From: Candidatus Daviesbacteria bacterium
Lineage (GTDB): Bacteria; Patescibacteriota; Microgenomatia; Daviesbacterales; UBA10151
Length of the DNA: 64,000 nucleotides
Reading direction: 5' to 3'
Assembly: GCA_016187035.1 (NCBI GenBank)
Contig: JACPKL010000005.1
Span: forward strand, 199,150-263,149
Shown here: piece after piece, positions 35,477-44,929 of the stretch
How positions within the stretch are numbered: position 1 is the stretch's first letter
Layout: every line of letters begins with the position of its first letter
Made by a program: the position numbers and the translations under genes
The notes under the pieces: model-generated
Told to the model about the DNA's origin: nothing
The model's database searches: none
What the model saw: the letters and a program-made list of their open reading frames with translations, nothing else

Positions 35477-36582
35477 AAAGACTGGATTTCTCTCTCAGGC
35501 TTCAGAAAAATAGCGTAGCAGATATTCCCTTACTGATAAGCATTTTAATTTTAATAAGTTTTGGATTGATTATGGTTTATGATGCATCAGTAGTACAGGG
35601 GCTAAAAGATTTTAACGATAGCTTTTACTATATTAGACAACAATTAATTTGGGTAGTATTAGGTTTGTTATCAATGACTTTTTTCACTAAATTCAATTAC
35701 CAAAGATTTAAAATTTTTTCTTTGACGTTTATGTTATTTTCATTTTTGTTACTCCTTGCAGTTTTTATTCCTTCTCTGGGAATTTCTGGGGGAGGTGCTC
35801 ATCGTTGGTTAAAGATTGGTTCAATTACAATTCAACCAGTAGAGATTATTAAACTTGCTAGTGTAATTTATTTATCAACACTTTTTGAGAAAAAGATAAG
35901 ACTGATGCCACTACTTGTTTTAGTTTTGGTAGTTGGTTTGGTAATTGCTGTTTTGCAAAAGGATTTAGGATCTGCTTTGGTATTTGTGATTACATCAGGG
36001 TTGCTTTATTTTGTTAGTGGAGGTAAAATCTGGCATTTTTTAGCAAGCCTCCCTTTGGCAGCAGTTGCCATATTCATATTAATTTTTACCTCTGGTTATA
36101 GGGTTAAAAGGATCTTGGCTTTTATTGATCCTTTTTCTGATCCCCAAGGATACACTTATCATATCTCACAGGTTCTAATAGCTCTTGGGTCAGGAGGGAT
36201 ACTTGGTTTAGGTTTAGGCCATTCAAGACAAAAGTTTCAATATATCCCGGAAGTGTCTACAGATTCTATTTTTGGGATTATTGGAGAAGAACTAGGTTTT
36301 TTAGGAGCTTTAGTGTTAATTGGATTATTTTTTTTAGTTATATTAAGAGGGTTAAAAATAGCTCAAAATTGTGAAGATCGCTTTGGAAAAGTTTTAGCAT
36401 CAGGGTTGACTTGCTGGTTAGGTATCCAAATTGTGATTAATCTATCTTCTATGGTTGCATTGTTGCCTTTAACAGGTGTTCCTTTACCTTTTATTTCTTA
36501 TGGCGGATCGGCTTTAGTTGTTAACTTAACTGCTGTAGGAATCCTACTGAATATTTCAAGACAAAATAACGTATCATTATAG
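35473..36582 (+). CDS. ftsW: SEDS-family peptidoglycan polymerase FtsW
   Basis: QPVEIIKLA, PEVSTDSIFGIIGEELGF and PLPFISYGGSA. The ATG at 35473 overlaps the mraY stop (ATGA). The track start at 35386 was rejected. Confidence 0.9.
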   Translation: MKRLDFSLRLQKNSVADIPLLISILILISFGLIMVYDASVVQGLKDFNDSFYYIRQQLIWVVLGLLSMTFFTKFNYQRFKIFSLTFMLFSFLLLLAVFIPSLGISGGGAHRWLKIGSITIQPVEIIKLASVIYLSTLFEKKIRLMPLLVLVLVVGLVIAVLQKDLGSALVFVITSGLLYFVSGGKIWHFLASLPLAAVAIFILIFTSGYRVKRILAFIDPFSDPQGYTYHISQVLIALGSGGILGLGLGHSRQKFQYIPEVSTDSIFGIIGEELGFLGALVLIGLFFLVILRGLKIAQNCEDRFGKVLASGLTCWLGIQIVINLSSMVALLPLTGVPLPFISYGGSALVVNLTAVGILLNISRQNNVSL

Positions 36583-36583
36583 A

Positions 36584-37708
36584 ATGAAAGTATTGCTTAC
36601 TGGCGCGCATTTTACTCCTGCTATTGCTGTCATTGAAGAATTAAAAAAGAATTCTGATGTTAAACTAATATATGTTGGGAGAAAAACAACATTGGAAGGG
36701 GATAAGACAGCTTCCGTAGAATCAAAAGTGTTGCCGTCCCTAGGAATTAAATTTATCCCTATCACTACTGGTAGGCTCTTGAGAGTATTTTCTATTTACA
36801 CTATTTCATCTATTTTAAAAATTCCCGTAGGATTTTTTCAGGCTTTTTATATAATTTTATCTGAAAAACCTGATGTGATTTTATCTTTTGGAGGATATGT
36901 TGCAATACCGATTATTATAATAGGTTGGTTTTTTTCGATCCCAATTATTATTCATGAACAAACTCTAGTTATTGGGCTGGCAAATAAAATAAGCTCTCTT
37001 TTTGCTGATAAAATAGCAGTCTCTTTTTCTAGGCATTCTAAAAGCGAAAAAAATATTTTAACAGGAAATCCTTTACGTAAAGAGATTCTAAAACCAATTG
37101 AAAAACTTCCCTCTGATTTTATTCAACTGTTTAACCAGGCAAAAAAGTTGTCACTTCCTGTTATTTTAGTAATGGGTGGGAATCAAGGCTCTCATTTGAT
37201 TAACACATGTTTGGAAAATGCTTTAGAAGAGTTAATTAAAATAGCTTGTGTGATTCATGTTAGCGGCAGTAACAAGTTTGGAGATTATGAAAGACTTAAT
37301 GAGTTTAGAAAAATTAACCAAATAAAAGAAAAGTATTTAGTAAAACATTGGATAGGAGAAGAATTTGGAACGATTCTTAAAAAAGCAGATCTGGTTGTGT
37401 GTAGAGCGGGGATAAATACATTAATAGAATCAGCATTTTCAGAAGTTCCATCTTTAGTTATTCCTATCCCCTATCTTTATCAAGATGAACAAAGTAAGAA
37501 TGCAAAGTTTTTTCAGATGTTAGGTGTTTCAGAGATTCTTCATCAATCGAATTTGTCACCGAAGACTTTAGTTAAAAATATCAAACTAATGTTGGATAAT
37601 TTAAATAATTTTAGAGATAACTTTGATAAAACTAAAGAATTTATTATTACAGACGCTGCGAAAAGATTAGCCTTAGAGACGTTGCTTTTAGGAAGTAAGA
37701 AATTATGA
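36584..37708 (+). CDS. murG: MurG (UDP-GlcNAc:lipid I GlcNAc transferase, GT28)
   Basis: N-terminal TGAHFTPAIAV (variant of the GGHxxPA loop), GGNQGSHLIN and CRAGINTLIES. dcw position. Confidence 0.85.
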   Translation: MKVLLTGAHFTPAIAVIEELKKNSDVKLIYVGRKTTLEGDKTASVESKVLPSLGIKFIPITTGRLLRVFSIYTISSILKIPVGFFQAFYIILSEKPDVILSFGGYVAIPIIIIGWFFSIPIIIHEQTLVIGLANKISSLFADKIAVSFSRHSKSEKNILTGNPLRKEILKPIEKLPSDFIQLFNQAKKLSLPVILVMGGNQGSHLINTCLENALEELIKIACVIHVSGSNKFGDYERLNEFRKINQIKEKYLVKHWIGEEFGTILKKADLVVCRAGINTLIESAFSEVPSLVIPIPYLYQDEQSKNAKFFQMLGVSEILHQSNLSPKTLVKNIKLMLDNLNNFRDNFDKTKEFIITDAAKRLALETLLLGSKKL

Positions 37709-37729
37709 AGGGGACCCTCTAATAAGATT

Positions 37730-39829
37730 ATGAAGAGAAAGAAAAAATCTCGTTTTTTTTTAAAATTACTTCTTATATTATTACTGACTATTTTATTATT
37801 TCTTATATTTTTCAAAACTAATCTTTTTACAGTAAATTATCTTGAGGTAAATTTAAATAACACAAAATGTGTCGATGAGGAAAGAATAAAAAGTTCCACT
37901 AATATTTTAGGGCAAAACCTTTTCTTGATTAATAAGAATTTCCAAGAGGGGATTTTAAAGAAAAAATTTATTTGTATTAAAGCAGTTAATTTATCTAGAT
38001 CTTTCCCAAATAAAATTAAATTAGGAATTTCAGGTAGAAAACCAGAAGCTATAATTTTCCAGTTTAATATTAGAGATGCAACTGAATCTGCAGATTTAGA
38101 AAATATAGCTACTCCCAGCGCTAATCTATCCTTAGATGGTTTATTAATAGATAATGAAGGAGTTATATTCAGTAAGGATAATTTTAACTTAGGTATACCG
38201 AAAGTATTTATTGCGCAGCAACAAACTTCATTTATTAACAAAAACTATTCTATAGGTAGTCAGATGGAAGATAATATTTTTATAACCTTTTTAAAAATTT
38301 TAGATGCAGTAAAGAAATTTGGGATTAATATAAACTCTTCAATAATATCAGGCATGAACTTAATAATTTTTTCAGAACCCAAAATAATATTTAGATTAGA
38401 TAATGATGTAGATACTCAAATTGCATCTTTACAATTGATCCTAGGGAAGGCTAAAATAGATTCTAGTAAGCTTGAGTTTATCGATTTGCGGTTTGATAAA
38501 CCCATAATTAAGGTAAGCCCCAAAAAAATGGCGAAAGATAAAATTATTTGTGGAATAGATGTTGGTTCATCAAAAATTGCTACTTTAATTGCATCTTTGG
38601 ATGATCAGGGAAAAATTAGTTTAATTGGTATATCCGCTACTCCTTCGAGAGGTGTTAGAAAAAACCAGGTAGTAGATATTGATGAAGCAGTTGATGCTAT
38701 TACAGAATCTGTGGAGGCTTCTGAAAGGATGGCAGGTTATTCTATATCTGCAGCATATGTTTCTTTAGGTGGACCACAAATAGAAAGTATTAATCAACAT
38801 GCGGTAGTGGCAGTATCTGAACCAGAGGGAGAAATAAAACATAGTGATATTCAAAGAGTTAACGAAGCTGCTAGGGCGATTCCGCTTTCATCTGCCAGAG
38901 AGATTTTGCATGTTATCCCCAGGACCTTTACTGTAGATGGACAAGAAGGCATTAAAGATCCAATTGGAATGACGGGTGTGAGGTTAGAAACTGAAACTCA
39001 CATAATAACTGGTTCCTCAACCTCTATGAGAAATTTAGTTAAATGTATATCTGAAGTTGGTATTGATGTGACAGAGTTAGTTTTTTCTGGAGTATCTTCG
39101 TCATTTGCTATTTTAACTGATACAGAAAAAGAATTAGGAGTTGTTTTAGTTGATATTGGCGGAGAAACAACAGATGTAGTGATTTACATAGATGGGTCAG
39201 TAGCTTATTCTTCTGTGATACCAATAGGGGCTCGTCATATTACATCTGATATGGCGGTAGGACTTAGAGTTTCTTTAGAATCAGCTGAAAAAATAAAATT
39301 GTCGCTCGGGAAAAAACAAAAAATACCGGTTCAGGCTGAAGAAAGTGACGACAAGAGTAAGGCTGCTTCTTTAAACAAGAAGAAAGAGGAGGAATTTTTA
39401 GATATTAGATTATTAGGAATAGAAGAGGATGTTCAAAAGATTTCTAGAAAAAGTGTGGTTGATGGGATAATAAAACCAAGGTTGCAGGAGATATTTAAAT
39501 TTGTGGGAAAAGAAATCAAAAAAAGCGGATTTGGTACACAGATTCCGTCAGGATTAGTTCTTTGTGGTGGAGGAGCTCAAACTGTCGGGGTTTTAGAACA
39601 GGCAAAATATGTTCTAGGATTTCCTGCAAGAGTAGGGGAGATTCAAGGGTTATCTGGTTTAGTTGAGGAAATAGATTCTCCTGCATTTGCCTCTGCAGCT
39701 GGATTAATTTTATATGGCTCTACCCAAAGGTCGCAAGGAGAATTGCATATACCAGTTTTTTCATCAAACCTGCCTATTAAAAATATAGTTCAAAAAGGCA
39801 TTGCTTTGGTAAAATCTCTCCTGCCCTAG
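37730..39829 (+). CDS. ftsA: Single uninterrupted ORF encoding an FtsQ-like module (TM + POTRA, aa 1-266) followed by complete FtsA (from Met267 at 38528)
   Basis: The N-part has a K-rich tail, a TM helix and a POTRA-like region (FTVNYLEVNLNNTKCVDEERI...SRSFPNKIKLGISGRKPEA). The C-part has GIDVGSSKI, VDIGGETTDV and a C-terminal amphipathic helix. No stop codon separates the two parts. Confidence 0.85.
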   Translation: MKRKKKSRFFLKLLLILLLTILLFLIFFKTNLFTVNYLEVNLNNTKCVDEERIKSSTNILGQNLFLINKNFQEGILKKKFICIKAVNLSRSFPNKIKLGISGRKPEAIIFQFNIRDATESADLENIATPSANLSLDGLLIDNEGVIFSKDNFNLGIPKVFIAQQQTSFINKNYSIGSQMEDNIFITFLKILDAVKKFGININSSIISGMNLIIFSEPKIIFRLDNDVDTQIASLQLILGKAKIDSSKLEFIDLRFDKPIIKVSPKKMAKDKIICGIDVGSSKIATLIASLDDQGKISLIGISATPSRGVRKNQVVDIDEAVDAITESVEASERMAGYSISAAYVSLGGPQIESINQHAVVAVSEPEGEIKHSDIQRVNEAARAIPLSSAREILHVIPRTFTVDGQEGIKDPIGMTGVRLETETHIITGSSTSMRNLVKCISEVGIDVTELVFSGVSSSFAILTDTEKELGVVLVDIGGETTDVVIYIDGSVAYSSVIPIGARHITSDMAVGLRVSLESAEKIKLSLGKKQKIPVQAEESDDKSKAASLNKKKEEEFLDIRLLGIEEDVQKISRKSVVDGIIKPRLQEIFKFVGKEIKKSGFGTQIPSGLVLCGGGAQTVGVLEQAKYVLGFPARVGEIQGLSGLVEEIDSPAFASAAGLILYGSTQRSQGELHIPVFSSNLPIKNIVQKGIALVKSLLP

Positions 39830-39902
39830 CCCTCTTGCTATTTGACTTAAAAATCTGCTAATATGCTGCCAAGATTGAGTATTAGTTGATTACACATAAA
39901 CT

Positions 39903-41057
39903 ATGTTGATTAAACCAGACATACAAAGATTTGCCAAGATTAAAGTAATTGGGTTAGGTGGCGGCGGTTCGAACTCGTTAAACTCAATGATTTCCTTACA
40001 ACAAATTCAAGGTGTTGAGTTTATTGCTGTAAATACTGATGCACAAGCATTAATGAATAACCAGTCCCCTACTAAGGTGCAAATTGGAGAAACTATCACG
40101 CGTGGATTAGGTTCTGGAGGAGATCCTGAGGTCGGGAGACAATCAGCAGAAGAGTCATCCCAGAAATTGGAGGATGTGTTACAGGATTCAGATATGGTGT
40201 TTCTAACAGCAGGTATGGGAGGAGGTACAGGTACAGGTTCTATCCCAATTGTTGCCCAGGTTGCTAAAAATGTTGGTGCATTGACTGTAGCAGTGGTAAC
40301 CAAGCCATTTGCATTTGAAGGCACTAGAAGGATGATGGTAGCAGAAGATGGATTGGAGAAACTTAGAGATAAGGTTGATGCATTAATAGTTATTCCTAAT
40401 CAAAGACTTTTAGAAACAGTTGAGAAAAATATGACTTTACAAGAAGCATTTAAATTAGCTGATTCAGTTTTAGGTCAAGGGGTTCAAGGTATTTCTGATT
40501 TAATCACTATGCCAGGACTTATCAATGTTGATTTTGCTGATGTTAAAACAATTATGTCTAGTGCTGGATCTGCCTTAATGGGAATTGGTGTGGCAGGAGG
40601 AGAAAACAGGGCTGCAGCTGCTGCTAGAATGGCTATAGCTTCACCGCTTTTGGAAGTTTCAATTGAGGGAGCTAAAGGGGTTCTGTTTAATATTGTAGGT
40701 GGGTCTGATTTATCTATGAATGAGGTTAATGAGGCAGCACAGATTATTGCTCAGGCTGCAGATCCTGATGCTAATATCATTTTTGGAGCAACTATTAAAG
40801 AAGATCAGCTGGATCAGATTAAAGTTTCAGTGATAGCAACAGGTTTTGATGAAACTAGAAGAAAATTAAGGGAGTATATTGGGACAGGCATTGGTTCTGC
40901 TCATATGCAGCAGGCACAAAACACTCATTGGTCTCAAGAGGTAGAAGAAGTTCCAACCAGACAAGCAGTTTCACAACAAGCAGATGAGGAAATAGAAAAA
41001 ACCCATGATGAAGATGAAGACCTTGAAATTCCAGCATTTTTAAGGTCGAATAGATGA
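39903..41057 (+). CDS. ftsZ: Cell-division GTPase FtsZ
   Basis: GLGGGGSN, GMGGGTGTGS (tubulin signature) and a C-terminal DLEIPAFLR peptide. Confidence 0.97.
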   Translation: MLIKPDIQRFAKIKVIGLGGGGSNSLNSMISLQQIQGVEFIAVNTDAQALMNNQSPTKVQIGETITRGLGSGGDPEVGRQSAEESSQKLEDVLQDSDMVFLTAGMGGGTGTGSIPIVAQVAKNVGALTVAVVTKPFAFEGTRRMMVAEDGLEKLRDKVDALIVIPNQRLLETVEKNMTLQEAFKLADSVLGQGVQGISDLITMPGLINVDFADVKTIMSSAGSALMGIGVAGGENRAAAAARMAIASPLLEVSIEGAKGVLFNIVGGSDLSMNEVNEAAQIIAQAADPDANIIFGATIKEDQLDQIKVSVIATGFDETRRKLREYIGTGIGSAHMQQAQNTHWSQEVEEVPTRQAVSQQADEEIEKTHDEDEDLEIPAFLRSNR

Positions 41058-41061
41058 TAAT

Positions 41062-41316
41062 ATGAAAAATAGGATTGAGTATGAGAGTGATAAAGACCAT
41101 TTAAAAAGATATGATAATGTTTTGGAAGGCATGCAAAGAGCGTATGAATTTTTTTATGACCTAGCAGAAGTATTTCCTAATAGACTAACTAAGGGTTTGG
41201 TTGAAAAAGCAATGGTTCTGTTAGAGCGGATATCTTACGAGAGTATCGGTAGGAGAAGGTTTTTTAGATTGACTGGATTTATCCGTGTACCACTGACTTG
41301 CAAAACCCACCCTTAG
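41062..41316 (+). CDS. Hypothetical small protein
   Basis: 84 aa, starting 4 nt after the ftsZ stop. No recognised motif. Its 3' end overlaps the family-B hairpin B2, so the C-terminus may be element-derived. Confidence 0.35.
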   Translation: MKNRIEYESDKDHLKRYDNVLEGMQRAYEFFYDLAEVFPNRLTKGLVEKAMVLLERISYESIGRRRFFRLTGFIRVPLTCKTHP

Positions 41317-41340
41317 GGTGTGTAATGTAATGTAAGTGTA
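41300..41340 (+). repeat. Family-B hairpin repeat B2
   Basis: CAAAACCCACCCTTAGGGTGTGTAATGTAATGTAAGTGTAAG. Lies 5-45 nt beyond the transposase stop. Confidence 0.8.
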
Positions 41341-41344
41341 AGAT

Positions 41345-42016
41345 TCACTCTAGGGCTAAATGTTTAATTTTATCTAATTCTCTCTGATAATCAACTTGAT
41401 CATTGGTGAACTGGATAAATTTATTTACAGATGGGAAATAACTGAGGATTACATTAGTATTTATAATGTCTGATGTTTGTTTACCTAAATAAGTAGAAAA
41501 GGAGGACCAGGGATAGGTTGTTAGTTGTTCAATGGTTTTCAGAATAAAAGCTGTGACAGGATTTAAGTGGATATAACGAGCTACATGAATTAACTGTTCA
41601 TCTGTTTCTATCCTGACTGCTTTGAACATAGTTTGAAATAAACTTCCACTGCGTTTTGTTTTTATATTAAAATATTTAGCATAACTGTTTTGGAAGTTAC
41701 TCATAAAAGTTGATATCCCTTTTTGTTTTATTTCTTTAATTAGGAAATGAATATGGTTAGGCATGAGGCAAAAAGTCATTATTTCAACTTGTTTTTCTCC
41801 TTTTCTTAAATTTGCCATGAATTCGGTTTTTTGCGCTTCAGGCATGCGTTTATAATGAGAAAAACGGATAGAAGGATTAAAATAACTATAGAAAGTTAGG
41901 ACATCTAAAGCCCTTTGGTAATCATAAGTTGAGAGAAAAATTGGTTGTTTTGCAATACTTCTATTAAATACATGGTAAATTTCACCCACAGCTAATGGGG
42001 TTTTTCTAATAGTCAC
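41345..42016 (-). CDS. RAYT / IS200-like Y1 HUH transposase (second paralog)
   Basis: IYHVFNRS, an HUH triad in CLMPNHIHFLI, and the Tyr helix ARYIHLNPVTAFI. 223 aa. Confidence 0.85.
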   Translation of the reverse strand: MTIRKTPLAVGEIYHVFNRSIAKQPIFLSTYDYQRALDVLTFYSYFNPSIRFSHYKRMPEAQKTEFMANLRKGEKQVEIMTFCLMPNHIHFLIKEIKQKGISTFMSNFQNSYAKYFNIKTKRSGSLFQTMFKAVRIETDEQLIHVARYIHLNPVTAFILKTIEQLTTYPWSSFSTYLGKQTSDIINTNVILSYFPSVNKFIQFTNDQVDYQRELDKIKHLALE

Positions 42017-42037
42017 TTATCCATGATAAAATAGTTA

Positions 42038-42085
42038 CCCAAAGGTGTCAAGCTAGTACACCCTTAGGGTGTAATGTAATGCTGC
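42038..42085 (+). repeat. Family-B hairpin repeat B3
   Basis: CCCAAAGGTGTCAAGCTAGTACACCCTTAGGGTGTAATGTAATGCTGC. Lies 22-70 nt upstream of the transposase start. Confidence 0.8.
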
Positions 42086-42121
42086 TGGTCAGTTTTGCCT
42101 CTTTCTGTTAATATTTACTTC

Positions 42122-44929
42122 ATGGTTAGATTTAAACCTGTTTTGTCGACAGTAGATTTTTTTGAAATTGAGGAGCAGTTAATTAAATACTGGGAAGACA
42201 ATAAAATATTTGAAAGGTCTATTAATGAACGGCCTGAGGATCGGAAATGGACATTTTTAGATGGTCCTCCTTTTGTGACTGGCACACCTCACTTCGGGTC
42301 ACTGCTTTCTTCTATTCCTAAAGATGTATTTGGCAGATACTTCACCATGAAAGGATATCGGGTCAGAAGGGTTTGGGGATGGGATGGCCATGGTTTGCCA
42401 ATTGAAAATAAAGTTGAGCAGGAGTTGAGGTTGAAGAGTAAAAAAGACATAGAAGAAAAGGTGGGGGTGGATAGGTTTATTAAAGAATGTTTAAAGTATG
42501 TTCAGGATGTGTCAGCTGATTGGGAGTGGTATATTAAGCACATTGGCAGGTGGGTAGATTTTAAAAACGCTTATAAAACCTGGGATTTGCCTTATATGGA
42601 ATCGGTAATGTGGGTTTTTAAGCAAATTTATGATAAGGGTTTGGTTTATAAAGGTTTAAGAGTTTCCCTTTACTGCCCTCATTGCGCTACCCCAATTTCC
42701 AATTTTGAGGTAGCCATGGATGCGGATAATTATAAAGATGTGACAGAAGCCTCGAATGTTTATAAATACCCTTTAAAGGATCAGCAAAACACTTTCCTTT
42801 TAGCATGGTCAACAACTCCCTGGAATAAAATTGTTACCCCTGCTTTGGCTGTTAATCCCAAATTGACTTATGTAAAAGTTAAACAAGGTGATGAAAATTA
42901 TATTCTGGCTAAAACTACTTTAAAAATGCTTAAAGAAGAGCCAAAAATAGAAGTTTTAGAAGAGTTTAAAGGAAGTGAGTTAATAGGCAAAAAATTTATC
43001 CCCCATTATGATTTTTACCCAATTAATCCAGGAAAATTGGCTTTTGTCGTGGTAGGAGGGGATTTTGTATCAGATGAGGAAGGGACAGGGATTGTGACTT
43101 TGGCTGCATATGGTGAAGAAGATTTGGAAATAATGAAAAAGGAAAACATTCAAATTGTCTTACACGTTGATGATGAGGGTATTATTTTGGACTCTGTGCC
43201 CAAATTTGGCGGAATGTATTACCTGAAGGCCAATGAACTGGTTAATAAAGACCTGGCTGACAGAGGGTTACTTTATGATGAAAAACAACTTTCACATTCT
43301 GTTGCCCATTGCTGGAGGTGCGCAACCCGTTTGTTTTATGCTCCCAAGGATGCTTGGTATATTGATGTACAGAAAATTAAACCGCAACTGTTTAAAAATA
43401 ATGAGCCAATAAACTTCTTCCCCAAACATTTTAAAATGGGGAGATTTAAAAAAAGCATGGAAGCTGCCCCTGATTGGAATATTTCCAGGAACAGATACTG
43501 GGGTTCACCTGTGCCTGTTTGGGAATGTGAATGCGGGGAAAGGTTTGTGCCGGGCGGAGTAAAAGAACTGGAAGAGAAGTCAGGACAGGAAGTGAGTAAT
43601 CTGCACAAACCATTTATTGATGAAGTTAAAATCACTTGTAAAAGTTGTGGCAAGAAAGTTGCGAGAGTTCCGGAGGTTCTGGATTCCTGGATAGAGGCCG
43701 GGTCAGCATCTTTTGCAGAACGCCACTTTCCTTTTGAAAAAGATTTAAAGCTGGAAGACTTTTTTCCTCCTGATTTTATTGCTGAATATACAGGACAAAT
43801 AAGAGCCTGGTTTTATGTGCTTCATGTCATTGGTACAGCGCTTTTCAACTCCCCTGCTTTTAAGAATGTTTTGGTGGAAGGGGTCATGCTTGGGACTGAC
43901 GGCAGGAAAATGAGCAAGAATTATGGAAATTTCCCTGACCCAAAAGAAATCATGACCCAATATGGCGGAGATGCTTTACGTCTTTATCTTTTGGGATCTC
44001 CGGTAATGAAAGGGGAAGATGTTAATTTCTCCAGTGACGGTGTACCGCAAGTTTCAAGAGGGTTTTTATTAATTCTTTGGAACTGTTATAAATATTTTGT
44101 AGATTATGCCAATACATTTGACTTCAGTTATACTTCTTCTGAGGATTTAACAATATTAGATAAATGGATTTTAGCCAGGTTAACCCAAGTAGTTTTAGAT
44201 ATAAAAAACTCTTATGAAAATTATGATACTTCAGCTGCTGTTAAACTTTTAAAGGAATTTATAGTAAATGATTTATCTACCTGGTATATCAGGAGATCAA
44301 GGGGCAGGAAAGAAGCTTTAAATATTCTTTATGATTGTCTAATAACTTTAACTAAACTTTTAGCTCCCCTGGCTCCGTTTATTTCTGAGGAAATATTTAA
44401 AAATTTAACAGGTGAGGAGTCAGTGCATTTACAGCAGTTTCCCAGAGGGGATCAAAAACTTTTGGATAATAGGGTGATAAGGGAAATGAGGCTAGTTAGG
44501 GAAATAGGGGAGAAAGCGCATGCTTTAAGAAAAGAAGCTAACATTAAACTTAGACAACCATTAGCTTCTCTTACTTATGCAATGGATCATCAATTGGATA
44601 AAGATTTAGAACAAATTTTAGCAGAAGAATTGAACGTTAAGAAGATTGAGTATAAACAGTCTTCAGAATCCGAGCCAAAAGTTGAACTGAATACAAATAT
44701 TACTCTTGAGCTTAAAGAAGAAGGTGAAGTTAGAGATTTAATCAGGCAAATCCAACAACTTAGGAAAAATCAAAACCTAACTTTAGCTGATAAAACTAAA
44801 ATTATCGCTCCTTCCTGGTCTAAAGATTTCGAAGAGCAGATTTTAAAAAGCACAACTTCGACTTCAATTGTTAAAGGAGGTCAATTGGAGATAGTAAAAG
44901 CAGAGAATGAAGTTAGTAAAGGTAGTTAA
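42122..44929 (+). CDS. ileS: Isoleucine--tRNA ligase
   Basis: PPFVTGTPHFGS (HIGH-type), GWDGHGLP, a CP1 editing insert, KMSKN (KMSKS) and Cys clusters (CPHCATP, CWRCATR, CECGERF..CKSCGKK). ATG at 42122 (MVRFKPV...) preferred to the track TTG at 42095. Confidence 0.93.
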   Translation: MVRFKPVLSTVDFFEIEEQLIKYWEDNKIFERSINERPEDRKWTFLDGPPFVTGTPHFGSLLSSIPKDVFGRYFTMKGYRVRRVWGWDGHGLPIENKVEQELRLKSKKDIEEKVGVDRFIKECLKYVQDVSADWEWYIKHIGRWVDFKNAYKTWDLPYMESVMWVFKQIYDKGLVYKGLRVSLYCPHCATPISNFEVAMDADNYKDVTEASNVYKYPLKDQQNTFLLAWSTTPWNKIVTPALAVNPKLTYVKVKQGDENYILAKTTLKMLKEEPKIEVLEEFKGSELIGKKFIPHYDFYPINPGKLAFVVVGGDFVSDEEGTGIVTLAAYGEEDLEIMKKENIQIVLHVDDEGIILDSVPKFGGMYYLKANELVNKDLADRGLLYDEKQLSHSVAHCWRCATRLFYAPKDAWYIDVQKIKPQLFKNNEPINFFPKHFKMGRFKKSMEAAPDWNISRNRYWGSPVPVWECECGERFVPGGVKELEEKSGQEVSNLHKPFIDEVKITCKSCGKKVARVPEVLDSWIEAGSASFAERHFPFEKDLKLEDFFPPDFIAEYTGQIRAWFYVLHVIGTALFNSPAFKNVLVEGVMLGTDGRKMSKNYGNFPDPKEIMTQYGGDALRLYLLGSPVMKGEDVNFSSDGVPQVSRGFLLILWNCYKYFVDYANTFDFSYTSSEDLTILDKWILARLTQVVLDIKNSYENYDTSAAVKLLKEFIVNDLSTWYIRRSRGRKEALNILYDCLITLTKLLAPLAPFISEEIFKNLTGEESVHLQQFPRGDQKLLDNRVIREMRLVREIGEKAHALRKEANIKLRQPLASLTYAMDHQLDKDLEQILAEELNVKKIEYKQSSESEPKVELNTNITLELKEEGEVRDLIRQIQQLRKNQNLTLADKTKIIAPSWSKDFEEQILKSTTSTSIVKGGQLEIVKAENEVSKGS
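44472..44510 (+). repeat. In-CDS 9-nt periodic G-tract module in ileS
   Basis: Units aatagggtg / ataagggaa / atgaggcta / gttagggaa / ataggggag. Encodes NRVIREMRLVREIGE. Confidence 0.75.

Larger units (their letters stand above)
41300..42090 (-). mobile_element. IS200/IS605-like minimal element: transposase flanked by family-B hairpin repeats in the same orientation
   Basis: The CACCC-TTA-GGGTG hairpin followed by TAATGTAATG occurs at 41308-41330 and 42058-42080, on either side of the gene. Confidence 0.55.

Noticed and set aside
42017-42121. T-box or other riboswitch leader upstream of ileS (and of glyQS at 23122).
   Set aside because: The ileS leader is only about 100 nt and is occupied by the family-B hairpin repeat. 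glyQS overlaps recO and has no leader. No specifier-loop or T-box sequence was recognised.
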